48,457 bases of DNA from an uncultured Actinomycetes bacterium (GTDB lineage: Bacteria > Actinomycetota > Thermoleophilia > RBG-16-64-13): the NCBI GenBank assembly GCA_963706025.1, contig CAVPLM010000026.1, positions 1 through 48,457 on the forward strand. Direction: 5' to 3'. Under the pieces are notes generated by a model that was not told where the DNA came from, did not search any database, and saw nothing but the letters and a program-made list of their open reading frames with translations. Shown here one piece after another: positions 27,342-38,075 of the stretch (position 1 is the first letter of the stretch; every line of letters begins with the position of its first letter). A program made the translations under genes and the position numbers.

Positions 27342-30300
27342 CTATAAATAACCGTGGGCTGCAGCACCGGCCATAAGTGTCTGCATGGTTGTCTCGCTAG
27401 GCGTTCCCCGGGTCTGCTCGTCTACCAGGCTGTGGAGCAGCACCTCGAGGCCGCCCGGCATCCCCTGCTGCGACGGGTCGAGGATGGCCTGAGCCTGCTT
27501 GGATGCTCCGTTGGGGTCGCCGGCCACCACATCGAGCCCGAGTAGCGTCCAGCGAGCATGCCACTCGAAGGGGCAGCGAGGCGACAAGCGCTCAAACTCG
27601 GAAAGGGCCTTCTCAGCCAGGGTCCTGGCCTCCCCCAGATCGCCTGCCCGCCAGGCGACCCAGGAGAGGTTGCCGCGGGCCTGGGCACCGTACCGGACGA
27701 TGGGCCTTTCCCCGACGAGGGAAAGCGTCTGCAATGCGTTCGTTCGAGTCGCCTCTACCTGCCCTCGCAGGCGCTCCCAGATCCCCAGGGCCCACAACGC
27801 CTGCAGCTGAAGGGTCACGTCTTGAGTCTCTCGGGTGAGTTCCCAGTGCCGGCTGAGGTGCCTGCCGGCCTGCTCTCGGTGATCAGGCGAAAGCACGAGG
27901 GTCATGGCCATGGCTCCCTCGGCGGCGAACAGGTCGTGAGGCGAGCCCGTTGCCCGGTAGCTTTCAGCCAGGCGCTCGGCGAGTGACACCGTCTCTTCAG
28001 TGGGTACGAAGCGATGGCGCCTCAGACTCACCAACCAGGCGATGAGGTCCAACTGGGCCTTCTGCTTGAGGGTTCCGTGCTTCCCGATCGCTTGGCTGAT
28101 CTCGGCGGCGACGTCCTCCAGTTCGTCGAGCTCGGCGTCGTAGAACGGGGGAAGGGCCTGCTCCAACTGGACGTCGATCCATTCCTGCCACCAGTCGGGC
28201 CCTCTCTGCTCGTCCGGCCGCCCCAGGAGCACGCGCGCCTCCATCAGGCCCGTCTCTGCTTGTGTGTGGCGTCCGCTAGCCTCCAGCCAGAACGTTTGCT
28301 CCCGCTTGAGACGCGCCTGCCACACTGTCTCCTCGGCCGGTATCCTGCGGGCGGCTTCCCGACCCGCCTCGATCGCCCTGTCGAGGTCCCCGGCGGCACC
28401 GTACGTCCTGGCCAGGTCTTCGTAGACACGTCCGACCATGCGCCTGTCTCTTCGCGGCGTGCCCTCAGGTAGGTCTTCCAGGAGAGCGAGCGCGCTCTGC
28501 CACTGCGCACAGGCTTCTTCCCAGGCGCAGCGAGCTGCGGCTGACGTTCCGGCCCGGATGCAGTAGTCCACGGCCTTCTCCCCACACCCGGTGCACACGC
28601 CCATTGCGAAATGGTGAGCCAAGACAGGCGAGTGGAGGTCGAGGTCGTTTTGGTGGAGGTTCTCCAATACCAAGCCCACCTCGGCGTGCAGCATCGCACG
28701 CTCCCGCGGGGGGATCTCGTCGTAGATCACGTCGCGAAACGCGCTGTGGACGAAACGATAGCGGTCGGGATGATCCCGCTGAGGCACCAGCAAGTGGGCG
28801 CTCAGAGCTTCGGCCAACCGCTCTGGCAGCCGCTCGAGGGGCGTATCCAGGACTCCCGCGAGCACGGAGCTCCCAAAGGCTCTCCCGATGACACTGGCCG
28901 CGTCGAGTGCCTCCCGGCAGGTGGGGGAGAGCCGGGCCAGACGCTTGAGGACCACGTGGCGGACCCCTTCCTCCTTCTCCAGGTGTACGGCGCCTACAGG
29001 TGAACCGGGGGGCTGGCCATGGAGAAGGAGGAGACGGACGAGCTGGGTGAGCAAGAACGGGTTGCCTTCGGTCTGGCGGTAGATATCGGCGGCCGATTCG
29101 GGACTCACTTCGTCGTAGCAACAAAGCTGAACGAAGCGGTCCACGTCCCGTCTCGACAGCGGCTGCAGGGGCAGGACCACCGCCGAATCGCTGCGGACCA
29201 GGTCCGCCATCAGGTCGGTGAAGACCGGGCCCTGTGTGGCCTCCGACGGCCTGTAGGTGAGGACAAGCATCAAGGGGGCTTCGCGTAGGGACCCCAGCAG
29301 GTGCTGCAAGGCGCGAAGGGTGGATGTGTCAGCCCAATGCAGATCGTCGATGATCAAGCAGAGAGGTCCAGCCTCGGCGTGTTCCTGTACCGATGCCGCG
29401 AGTCTGTCGAACAGATGCAGGCGGGCGAGGTCGCCCTGAGCGGGGGAGATCGCCCTTTCCAACGGCCTGGGGGAGAATACCGGTCCTCGGTGACCGGCGG
29501 CTCTGTGGCCCGCGGCCTTGGCCCGTGGCCGCGGGCCCCCGGCCCCGTCCGCGGCTGCGCTGGGGCCGACTGCGGCATCCTCGCGCTCCCACTGTCGCAC
29601 GATCTCTAGCCACGGTTCGTACGGCTGCGCAGCCGGGGTGTCCCGGCATCGGCCCCAGTAGGTCCGGGCTCCCAAGTCCCTGGCGTAACCGGCGAATTCG
29701 TCGGCGAGCCGGGTCTTTCCGATGCCGGCTTCGCCCACGATGACCCCCACCTGGACCCATCCGTCCATCGCCGCCGCTATCGCGTGGCGCAGTGCATCCA
29801 TCTCTCGTTCGCGCCCCGTGAAAGGCAGCCTGCCCGGATCACAGACGGCGCTGCGCACGGCTGGTCGAGCAGGCTGAGTGGATGCGGATCGGTCTGCGCT
29901 CAGAACTACCAATCGGTAGCCGACGTTCCAGACGGTCTCGATGCAGGGGACCTCCGCGGTGCTTTCGGCCGCGCCTTCCGCGGCAGCCGCCCTCAGCTTC
30001 TTGCGGAGGTTGCCGATGTGGGTGGTCACCACCCGGGGTTCGGCGTAGTCATAGCCCCAGACCAGATCGATGAGATGTTGGCGGCTCCACACTCTGCCCG
30101 GTTGGCGCGCAAAAACGCAGAGCAGCTCGAATTCCTTGGACGTGAGGTCGAGAGCGGTCCTATCCACGTGAGCTGTGTGGCAGCGCAGGTCGATCAGGAG
30201 AGTACCGGCCACGAGGGATTCGGCGTCCTCTGGCGGCCCCCGCCGCTCGCGGAGAAGGGCCTCTATCTGTCGCACCAGCGTACCGAAGGTCAGGTCGGTA

Positions 30301-30569
30301 TCCGGGCGGGAGAGCACAAGGACGGGGATACGACTCCGTGCCGCGAGGTCCACGATACGCCCGGTCTCGTGGTGGCCCAAGGCGGGGCTGTGGACGACCA
30401 CGATGTCCGGAGGGCTGCGCTCGAGGTACCGGGTCACCGCCGGTCCGCTGTCTGCCCAGGTGACGGAATAACCCGCGCGCTTCAAGCTGCCACCGATCGG
30501 TTCCTGGGGCTCACGGCGCGCGACCACCAGCACGCGCGTCGTAAGAGACTGACCGACCGGCCGACTCAT
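27342..30569 (-). CDS. Large regulator: degenerate receiver + OmpR-type wHTH + AAA ATPase + helical/TPR-like region
   Basis: LTSKEFELL...PGRVWSRQHL..VWG....RVVTTHIGNLRKKL...IETVWNVGYRL; FTGRERE; GEAGIGKT Walker A; IIDDLHWAD; TEGNPF; YRFVH. Start 30569 or 30629. Confidence 0.88.
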   Translation of the reverse strand: MSRPVGQSLTTRVLVVARREPQEPIGGSLKRAGYSVTWADSGPAVTRYLERSPPDIVVVHSPALGHHETGRIVDLAARSRIPVLVLSRPDTDLTFGTLVRQIEALLRERRGPPEDAESLVAGTLLIDLRCHTAHVDRTALDLTSKEFELLCVFARQPGRVWSRQHLIDLVWGYDYAEPRVVTTHIGNLRKKLRAAAAEGAAESTAEVPCIETVWNVGYRLVVLSADRSASTQPARPAVRSAVCDPGRLPFTGREREMDALRHAIAAAMDGWVQVGVIVGEAGIGKTRLADEFAGYARDLGARTYWGRCRDTPAAQPYEPWLEIVRQWEREDAAVGPSAAADGAGGPRPRAKAAGHRAAGHRGPVFSPRPLERAISPAQGDLARLHLFDRLAASVQEHAEAGPLCLIIDDLHWADTSTLRALQHLLGSLREAPLMLVLTYRPSEATQGPVFTDLMADLVRSDSAVVLPLQPLSRRDVDRFVQLCCYDEVSPESAADIYRQTEGNPFLLTQLVRLLLLHGQPPGSPVGAVHLEKEEGVRHVVLKRLARLSPTCREALDAASVIGRAFGSSVLAGVLDTPLERLPERLAEALSAHLLVPQRDHPDRYRFVHSAFRDVIYDEIPPRERAMLHAEVGLVLENLHQNDLDLHSPVLAHHFAMGVCTGCGEKAVDYCIRAGTSAAARCAWEEACAQWQSALALLEDLPEGTPRRDRRMVGRVYEDLARTYGAAGDLDRAIEAGREAARRIPAEETVWQARLKREQTFWLEASGRHTQAETGLMEARVLLGRPDEQRGPDWWQEWIDVQLEQALPPFYDAELDELEDVAAEISQAIGKHGTLKQKAQLDLIAWLVSLRRHRFVPTEETVSLAERLAESYRATGSPHDLFAAEGAMAMTLVLSPDHREQAGRHLSRHWELTRETQDVTLQLQALWALGIWERLRGQVEATRTNALQTLSLVGERPIVRYGAQARGNLSWVAWRAGDLGEARTLAEKALSEFERLSPRCPFEWHARWTLLGLDVVAGDPNGASKQAQAILDPSQQGMPGGLEVLLHSLVDEQTRGTPSETTMQTLMAGAAAHGYL

Positions 30570-30746
30570 GATCCACCGCCAGCTTCCCCTCATCCCGTGC
30601 CTGGGACTCCGGCGTCCTCTCCGGACCATTAGGGGAGATGTAATTCCAGTCTAGTCCTCTGCGACCGGCTTGTCACTCGCGAGACACGGAGGCGCGCGCG
30701 GGTCTTTCCGCGCCTCTGTCACCCGCTCGCAGGGAGTCCTGGGGGC

Positions 30747-31742
30747 TCAGCTCTCTGGATGCAAGACCAGCTTGCCCATCACCTCGCCCGCTTCGATCAT
30801 CTCGTGGGCCCGGCGCGCCTCAGAGAGCGGCAGCACCTGGTAGATCGGGGGCTTCAACTTGCCCTCGGCCATGAGTCCCAGCACCTGCTCTTTGACCTTG
30901 CGGAAACCGGCGGGATCGGTGTCGTGCACGTGGATAGAGAAGTAGCGGATGCCATAGCAGTACTCACACCGGCTCTGGAGAATGTGGATGATGTCCTTGT
31001 CCTCGGGATAGCCGCCCAGATAGTTGTAGAGGATGATCTGCCCATAGGTGGCCAGCATGTCGAACTGACGGCAGAACTCCGGGCCGGCCACTTGGTCGTA
31101 GACGTAGTCGACACCTCGGCCGCCGCTGAGTCTCTTGACCGCCACCACGTCGCTCTCGGCTTTGTGGTTGAAGACTGTCTCGACGCCCAGGCTCCTCAAG
31201 TAGTCGCACTTGACGTCGGTGCTGGCGCTGGCGATGATGTTCATCTTGTTGAGTTGGGCCAGTTGGATGACGGCGGTGCCCACGCCGCCGGCCGCTCCCC
31301 CGATGTAGAGGGCCTGGCCCTCCTTGGCCTCGACTATCTGATGCAGGAGTCCCCAGGCAACGAAGTAGTTGTAGGCGGCGGCAGCCGCGTCGAAATCGGT
31401 CCCTTCGGGAATGGGCACCACATCGTCGGCGATGACCGCCATGTATTCGCTGTAGGTACCGTAGCAGGCCATGTGAAGCACGTGCACCGGTTGGCCGATC
31501 GTGAGGCCGGTGACACCCGGGCCGAGGGCCTCGACGCGGCCGGCCATCTCGTAGCCCAAGGTGACGGGGAAGGGGCAGGTGAGCCACTGGCAACGACCGG
31601 TGCGCACCCGCCAGTCGGCCTTGCAGACGCCGGCGGAGACCAGCTTCACCAAGACCTGGCCCTCCGTGGGCACAGGCATGGGCAGGTCGACATACTTCAG
31701 TACTTCGGGTCCACCGAATTGCTCGAACACGACTGCTTTCAC
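30747..31742 (-). CDS. Zn-independent MDR/quinone oxidoreductase family protein
   Basis: AGGAGG RBS and GTG start: VKAVVFEQFGGPEVL, LGYEMAG, GAAGGVG, PLSEARRAHEMIE..GKLVL. The ORF-track 5' extension is spurious. Confidence 0.88.
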   Translation of the reverse strand: MKAVVFEQFGGPEVLKYVDLPMPVPTEGQVLVKLVSAGVCKADWRVRTGRCQWLTCPFPVTLGYEMAGRVEALGPGVTGLTIGQPVHVLHMACYGTYSEYMAVIADDVVPIPEGTDFDAAAAAYNYFVAWGLLHQIVEAKEGQALYIGGAAGGVGTAVIQLAQLNKMNIIASASTDVKCDYLRSLGVETVFNHKAESDVVAVKRLSGGRGVDYVYDQVAGPEFCRQFDMLATYGQIILYNYLGGYPEDKDIIHILQSRCEYCYGIRYFSIHVHDTDPAGFRKVKEQVLGLMAEGKLKPPIYQVLPLSEARRAHEMIEAGEVMGKLVLHPES

Positions 31743-31813
31743 GGGTCTGTTCTCCTCCTGTAGACGATCCATCCAGATGTTCGCGCGCCGAGAGCGATCC
31801 TGCAAGGAAGTCC

Positions 31814-32995
31814 TTAGCCGGCCGACTCCTTGGGCAGGAAGAAGGCCACTATCACCACTCCTAGGGCAGGGACGGCTGCGAGAGCCATGGCCGTTCTCAT
31901 GCCGAGAGCCTCGGCTGCCGGTCCGGCCGCGTAAGCGAACACGGCGCCGCTGACGATCACCACTAGCGTGATGATGGAGAACACCAATCCGGAGAACTTC
32001 TCCGGGAAGCGGTACATGTAGCTGGTCAGCATGGGATAGGCGGCCGCCGCCCCCAGGCCGGTGAGAAAGACACCTACCTCCGAGACCGCGAACACCGGCA
32101 CCAGGGCCGTCAGCAGGATGAACACAGCCATCAGACCGGAAGACACGGCGAGGAGGGTTGAGGCCGCCATCCGCCGGGCCACGGGTACCGATAGGAAGCG
32201 GCCTGTCATGATGCCCGCGAAGAACACCGACAACGCGACGGCCGCCGTTCCCTGGCCGGCTCCGAACGCCTCCACCTGGAACTCGGCCAGCCAGATGTTG
32301 AGGATGTGCTCGGCTCCGATGTAGAGGAACATCGCGAGCAACAGGAGCGCGAGGAGACCCGGAGCGAAGGCGACGGCCTCCCGCACGTGCGCCCAGCGCA
32401 GATTCTCGCGGCCCGGGACGTCCGCCAGCGGGAGCACGGTGACGACGGCCGAGATGAGGAGCGCGAAAGCGGCTTCGGCCAGGAAGACCCATCGCCAGCC
32501 GGCGCCCAGCGCCAGGGCCGCGCCGATGGCGAGCGGAGCCACAACCACCCCCAGGGAAAAGAAGGTCAGGATGAGGAGCATCGCCCTCTTGGCCGCGTGC
32601 TTCGCATAGGACCCTATCCAGATCACGGGGATGAAGAGAGGGATGGTCGCGGCCGCGCCCACCACCACCAGGGCACCCACCAACGGGCCGAGACTGTGCA
32701 CGAAGAGGCCGGCGATCCCGAGGCCCGCGGCCTGAAGGAACGCGGCCCCCACCACCAGCAATTTGAGGGGCACTCTTCCGAGGAAGAGGTTCAGCAGCAG
32801 GAGGGCGAGCACTCTGCCCGCGGCGTACCCTGCCGCCAGGAGTCCTCCCTGCGAGAGAGGGATCCCGAGGTCGCGGATGATGGGGTCGAGCACCGGTCCC
32901 AGCGAGATAAGGATGGTCCCGGAGAAGAAGGTGATGGGGAAGAGGTAGGCGAGGGAGTGGGGTGGAGGCGCCGGATCCGCGGTATGGGCTGTCAT
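31814..32995 (-). CDS. MFS transporter (FucP/TsgA-like)
   Basis: About 12 hydrophobic segments; GAGWRWVF, FLYIGAE and GRF motifs. Confidence 0.85.
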   Translation of the reverse strand: MTAHTADPAPPPHSLAYLFPITFFSGTILISLGPVLDPIIRDLGIPLSQGGLLAAGYAAGRVLALLLLNLFLGRVPLKLLVVGAAFLQAAGLGIAGLFVHSLGPLVGALVVVGAAATIPLFIPVIWIGSYAKHAAKRAMLLILTFFSLGVVVAPLAIGAALALGAGWRWVFLAEAAFALLISAVVTVLPLADVPGRENLRWAHVREAVAFAPGLLALLLLAMFLYIGAEHILNIWLAEFQVEAFGAGQGTAAVALSVFFAGIMTGRFLSVPVARRMAASTLLAVSSGLMAVFILLTALVPVFAVSEVGVFLTGLGAAAAYPMLTSYMYRFPEKFSGLVFSIITLVVIVSGAVFAYAAGPAAEALGMRTAMALAAVPALGVVIVAFFLPKESAG

Positions 32996-33244
32996 ACTGC
33001 AGATGTTCTCGCGTGGAGCGCGATCGCGCAAGGACCGCGCGCCGGCCACGGCCGGCGCGGGCACCGGGCGCCCTCTGCGCCGGGGCGCATCTTGCGCCCC
33101 GGCGGTCGCTTCGGCGCTGGAGTCGAACGACGAAGGCGGGTAGAATCGGCAGGGGTCCGTGTCCATCCCGCGGGCTTGGCGGAGGGTCGCGTCGCTCGCA
33201 GAGTCGCAGGAGTCGAAGTCAACGTCGCAAGAAGGAGCGTGCGG

Positions 33245-33655
33245 GTGAAAAAGAAGACGTATCCGCTCTACTACGCCGGTCAGAAGGCCAAGTACGCGCG
33301 CTCGGTGGTCGTGGGCGACCTGGTCTTCGTGTCCGGCGCCACCGGCCGCAGTCTCGAGACGGGCGACTTCACCTCCGACGATATCAAGGAGCAGATGACC
33401 GTCGCCCTGGACAACATCCGCGGCGCCCTCGAGGAATGCGGGAGCTCCATGGACAACATCGTGAAGACCGTCATCTACCTCAAACGCTTGGAAGACTACG
33501 CGGTCATGCGGGCGACCGAGGAGGAGTACTACCGGAAGTACGCTCCGAGTCTCGCGGAAGAGCCCCCGGCCAGTACCTTCATGCAGCCGCTGTCGCTGGC
33601 CCGTCCCAACATGCTGATCGAGATCGACGTGGTGGCCTGTCTGAACGACGAGTGA
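33245..33655 (+). CDS. Rid/YjgF-family protein (Arg-less)
   Basis: AAGGAG RBS and GTG start: KKKTYPLYYAGQKAKYARSVVVGDLVFVSGATG...GSSMDNIVKT...EEPPASTFMQ..LARPNMLIEIDVVA. 136 aa. Confidence 0.88.
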   Translation: MKKKTYPLYYAGQKAKYARSVVVGDLVFVSGATGRSLETGDFTSDDIKEQMTVALDNIRGALEECGSSMDNIVKTVIYLKRLEDYAVMRATEEEYYRKYAPSLAEEPPASTFMQPLSLARPNMLIEIDVVACLNDE

Positions 33656-33723
33656 GCGAGATCGGTCGGTCGGGCGGCATCGGCCCGACGGCTGTGCTTC
33701 GGGGAGTCGAGGATGGAGGGCCG

Positions 33724-36028
33724 ATGACGCAAGAAGAGGGTGTGCGCATCCACCGGATGGGCGCGTGGTCTCCGGGACCGGGCTGCCATGGCGGGTGTGG
33801 GCTGGAGTTCCACGTAGAAGACGGAAAGGTCGTCAAGGTCGAGGGCGACCCAGACCATCCCTGGTACCACGGCCGGGTGTGTCCGAGGGCGCTGGCCATG
33901 ACCCAGTTCATCTACCACCCGGACCGCCTGCGCCACCCGCTCAAGCGGGCAGGGGAGAGGGGCGAGGGCAAGTGGCAGGAGATCTCCTGGGAGGAGGCCT
34001 TCGCTACCTGTGAGGCCCGCCTGCGGGAGATAGCCGAGAAGTGGGGTCCCGAGTCGGTGGTCTTCTCCCAGGGGACCGGCCGGGACGTCGGCGGTCCCAT
34101 CGTGATGCTGGCCTACGCCTACGGCAGTCCCAACTGGACCATGTGGGGCCTCTCCGGGCACTCCTGCTTCACTCCGCGGCTGGCGGCCGGGTACGTGATC
34201 CAGGGCGACTTCACCTTTCCCGATTACTCGCAGTTCCTGCCCGACCGCTACGAAGACCCTGCTTATGTGCCGCCCAAGTGCCTCGTCATGTGGGGCCGGT
34301 CCCTCGGCCGGGGCTGCGCCGACCACTACACGGCCGACCACTGGGTGATCGACGTACTGCGACGGGGAGCCAAGCTCGTCGTCGTCGACCCGCGGGAGAG
34401 CTGGATCGCCACTCGGGCCGACCTGTTCCTCAAGATACGGCCCGGCACCGACAACGCCCTGGCCCTGGCCTTGTTGAACGTGCTCGTCACTGAGGACCTG
34501 GTGGACCGGGCCTTCATCGATCAGGTGGTGTTCGGGCTACGACCAGATGGTCGAGAGGGTGCGCGAATTCCCGCCCGAGTGGGCGGAACCTATCACCTGG
34601 GTGCCGGCGGAGAAGATCCGCGCAGCGGCTCGCCTCTACGCGGCGAGCCGCCCCGCCGGCATCGAGGTGGGCCGTCCGGTAGAAGGTGCGGCCGAAGGCA
34701 CCCAAGCGACCATGAACATCCACCGGCTCATCGCCATCGCGGGCAACCTGGACGTTCCCGGCGGCAACGTCATCTGCAGGTCCGCCTACGGCGTGGCCAC
34801 CTATCCTTTCTCCACCGAGGAGGTGGTCCGGCTCTACGGGCCGGACCTTCACGCCAGACTGACCGAGAAGCGGGTCGGGGCGGACAAGTATCCCCTTGTC
34901 AGGAACTTCCGGGCCTGGGCCCAAGAGGACAGCCTGATCGAGCAGATGGAGACCGGCCGGCCTTACGAGATCCACGGTTTGTGGATGCAGGCGAACAACC
35001 CTCTGGCCAACCAGGCCCAGGACGTCCGCCGCCACTACGAGGCCGCCAGGAAACTGGATTTCAACGTGGTGGTCGACCTGTTCATGACCCCCACGGCCCA
35101 ACTCGTGGCCGATGTTGTCCTCCCCGCCGCCAGCCTGCCCGAGAAGGATTCGGTCTACTGTATCGGCGCCCCGCTCAACGCCATCTACAAGATCATCGAC
35201 GTCCCGGAGTGCAAGTCCGACTGGGAGATAGTCTTCACCTTGGCCAAGCGCCTGAATCCCGAGGCCGTGCCCTGGGACAACGTCCGGGATATGCTCTCCG
35301 AACGGATCCAGGCCTCCGGGTATTCGTTCGAGCAACTTGCCGAGAAGGTCTGGGATCTCGCCCCTGAGGGCCACCCCTGCGGCAGTCACCCCTATCGCAG
35401 GTACGAGGCCGGGCTTCTCCGCCCGGACAGGTCGCCGGGATTCCGCACTCCCACCGGCAAAGTGGAGCTCTGCTGCTCCAGCTACGCCGAGTGGGGCTAC
35501 GACCCGCTCCCCTACTTCAGGGAAGTCGAGCCCCAGAGCGAGGAGAAGACGCCCGAGATCTTCAAGGACTACCCACTCATCATGATGACCGGGCGACGTT
35601 CGCCCGTGCTCTTCCACAGCGAGCACCGGCAGATCCCCTGGCTCCGGGAATGCGACCCCGACCCGCTGGTGGAGATCAGCCCCGAGACCGCGGCCGAGAA
35701 GAACATCAAAACCGGAGACTGGGTGCTCATCGAGGGCACCATGGGGGCGTTCAAGAGGAAAGCCAAGGTCACTCCCATGATCGATCCCCGCACGGTGATG
35801 GTTCCTCACGCCTGGTGGCTGCCCGAAGAGAAGGACGGTGGCTTGAACCCCTACAGAGTTTGGGATCTCAACTGCAACCAACTGATCCCCATGGGCTACA
35901 ACGATTCCTCCGGCTTCGGGGGCGGCCCCCTGTCGTACATGCTGGTGAGAGTCTCAAAGGCAGAGGACGAAGGACTGGACCGAAGCCTCGCGAACCGCTC
36001 GCCAGGCGCGAGGCCGACAGTAGGCTAG
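33724..36028 (+). CDS. DMSO-reductase-family Mo/W-bisPGD enzyme, Cys-ligated acetylene-hydratase/catechol-dehydroxylase-like clade; one frameshift at about 34524
   Basis: WSPGPGCHGGCG...GRVCPR, YHPDRLRHPLKR.GERGEGKWQEISWEEA, SGHSCFTPR, IRPGTD, GNLDVPGG, DLFMTPTA, GFRTPTGKVEL, FHSEHRQIPWLRE. Removing one base gives ..FIDQWCSGYDQMVERV.. Confidence 0.88.
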
Positions 36029-36040
36029 CAGGAAGCTGCC

Positions 36041-36998
36041 ATGCCGCCGAAGTACAGAGTGTTCCTTCACAGTCACTGGGGCTTCAACAGCAGTTCCGTG
36101 CTGCTCTACGGAGAGCGGGACGCGATACTCGTAGACGCCGCGTATCTGCCCAGCGACACCCACAGGATGGTCGCGGAGCTTCTCCTCATGGGGAAGAACC
36201 TTACCAACATCTACGTCTCGCACTTCCATCCCGACCACTACTTCGGCCTGCGAGTCCTCGAACACGCGTTCCCCCGGGCGAGAGTGGTGGCGCTGCCCAG
36301 CGTGGTAAGGGACGTGGTCTTCACATACGCAGGCGAGGCGGATGTCTGGGCCATCGACCGCTACAGGCCCGGCCTGGACGGGACGGGTGCACCCATGCCG
36401 GCCCACGAGCCGTTCAAGACCACCACTCCCATGCCCATGAGCGAGCCCCGGCTCGAACTCGAGGGCCACGAGATCCTGGTCTCGGATGCCTGGGAGGGGG
36501 ACAGTGTCAACAACTCCGTCGTCTGGGTGCCCTCCGCGGGCGTGTTGTGCGCCATCGACGTCGCCTTCCACGACTGCAACCTCTGGCCCATCGAGAGCAC
36601 TGTCGAACGTCGGATCAGGTGGCGGGAGTCGATCGCCAGGCTGAGGGAGTTCGACGCCCGTGTGGTCATCCCTGGTCATTTCGACGAGGAGAAGCTCCGC
36701 ATCCTGGAGAAGGCCGGTGAAGACGCCTGCCTCAGCTACACGGGTTGCATCGATTGGTCGCTCAAGTACCTGGACGTATACGACGAGGTGTACGGCACGG
36801 CCAGGAACGGCGCCGAGTTTGTCCAGATGATGACCAAGCACTATCCGCTCGAAGCCGAGGACTTCGCCATCCACTGGCAGGCGCAGACTCCTCTTCCCGA
36901 GGAGCAGCCCCGATTGGCTCACCCCTCTTCCGGGAGAGCCGGGCAAGGTATTTCTCAATCCCGAGGGAGTGTTCGACGGCGACCCCCCGAAGGAGTAA
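36041..36998 (+). CDS. Metallo-beta-lactamase-fold protein (probable extra base at about 36883)
   Basis: AILVDA, SHFHPDHYFG, VVIPGH. The corrected C-terminus RLLFPRSSPDWLTPLPGEPGKVFLNPEGVFDGDPPKE* ends at 36998. Confidence 0.8.
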
Positions 36999-37140
36999 GA
37001 GCGGCCGCGATCTAGGCTGCAGCCCGGGAAAGGCGGGCCTTCGCGGCGGCACGGGAGTGTTACTTTATCACCGGCTGGGTCCGATACCGGGCTGGGCCTC
37101 GCTTTCGACAGGCACCCCATCTCGTGTAAGGAGTCCAGTT

Positions 37141-38037
37141 GTGAGCACGATGGTCGGATTCATCGGCATCGGACAGATGGGCATCCACATGTCCAGGAAG
37201 ATACTGGAGGCTGGGCACGAGCTCGTTGTCCACGACATCAACGAGGATGCGGCCACGCCTCTCGTTGAGGAAGGGGCGGCATGGGCCGAGTCGCCCGCTG
37301 CCGTGGCCAGAGCCTGCCGCGTCGTCATTACCTGTCTGCCCACACCCCAGAGCGTACAGGACGCGGCGCTGGGGGAGAACGGCCTCCACCTTGGCTGGAG
37401 GGCGGGCGACGTCTACATCGACATGAGCACGAACGCTCCAGGTACGGTCAGACTCATCGCTGAGGCCGCGGCGCCCCTGGGGGTGAAGGTCCTCGACGCT
37501 CCGGTGAGTGGGGGCACCCGGGGAGCCGAGCAGGGAACGCTCACCATCATGGTCGGCGGCGATCCGGCCGTCCTCGAAGAGGCCCGGCCGGTACTCGAGC
37601 CGATGGCCAACAGGATCTTCCATCTGGGTGACGTGGGCTGCGGCAACGTGGCCAAGCTCGTCAACAACATGATCGGGCTGGCCTGCAACTCTATCTGCGC
37701 CGAGGGATTTGTCTTGGGGGTCAAGGCCGGCATCGATCCGCAGGCGCTCTACGATCTTCTGGCCATAAGCACGGCCGACAACTGGAGCCTGCGGCAGTAT
37801 CCGCGCACGGTGTTCAAGGGCGACTTTGCCCCCGGTTTCAAGATCTCCCTCGCCCACAAAGACATCAACCTGGCTCTGGGTCTGGGGCAGGAATACGGGG
37901 TTCCGCTCCCGGTGGCCGAGATCGTCAAAGAGGATCTTGCCGGAGCCATCAAGGACGGCCGGGGCGACCAGGGGGTCGATTCGGTCATACTGAGTCTGGA
38001 AGAAACGGCCGGGATCCAGGTGCGCGTGGTCGATTAG
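37141..38037 (+). CDS. 3-hydroxyisobutyrate dehydrogenase / tartronate semialdehyde reductase family
   Basis: AAGGAG RBS and GTG start; GFIGIGQMG, IDMST, LDAPVSGG, GTLTIMVGG, AKLVNN, F...LAHKD. Confidence 0.9.
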   Translation: MSTMVGFIGIGQMGIHMSRKILEAGHELVVHDINEDAATPLVEEGAAWAESPAAVARACRVVITCLPTPQSVQDAALGENGLHLGWRAGDVYIDMSTNAPGTVRLIAEAAAPLGVKVLDAPVSGGTRGAEQGTLTIMVGGDPAVLEEARPVLEPMANRIFHLGDVGCGNVAKLVNNMIGLACNSICAEGFVLGVKAGIDPQALYDLLAISTADNWSLRQYPRTVFKGDFAPGFKISLAHKDINLALGLGQEYGVPLPVAEIVKEDLAGAIKDGRGDQGVDSVILSLEETAGIQVRVVD

Positions 38038-38075
38038 CGTAACCAGGGCTCCGCACACTAGCAAGGGGGAACACG

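Noticed and set aside
32306-35367. Long ORFs 32306..33655 and 32962..35367, and similar extensions 30747..32492, 36745..38037 and 43596..44993
   Set aside because: GC-rich shadow extensions or frameshift products. The real starts, with RBSs or family-typical N-termini, are 33245, 33724, 31742, 37141 and 44615.
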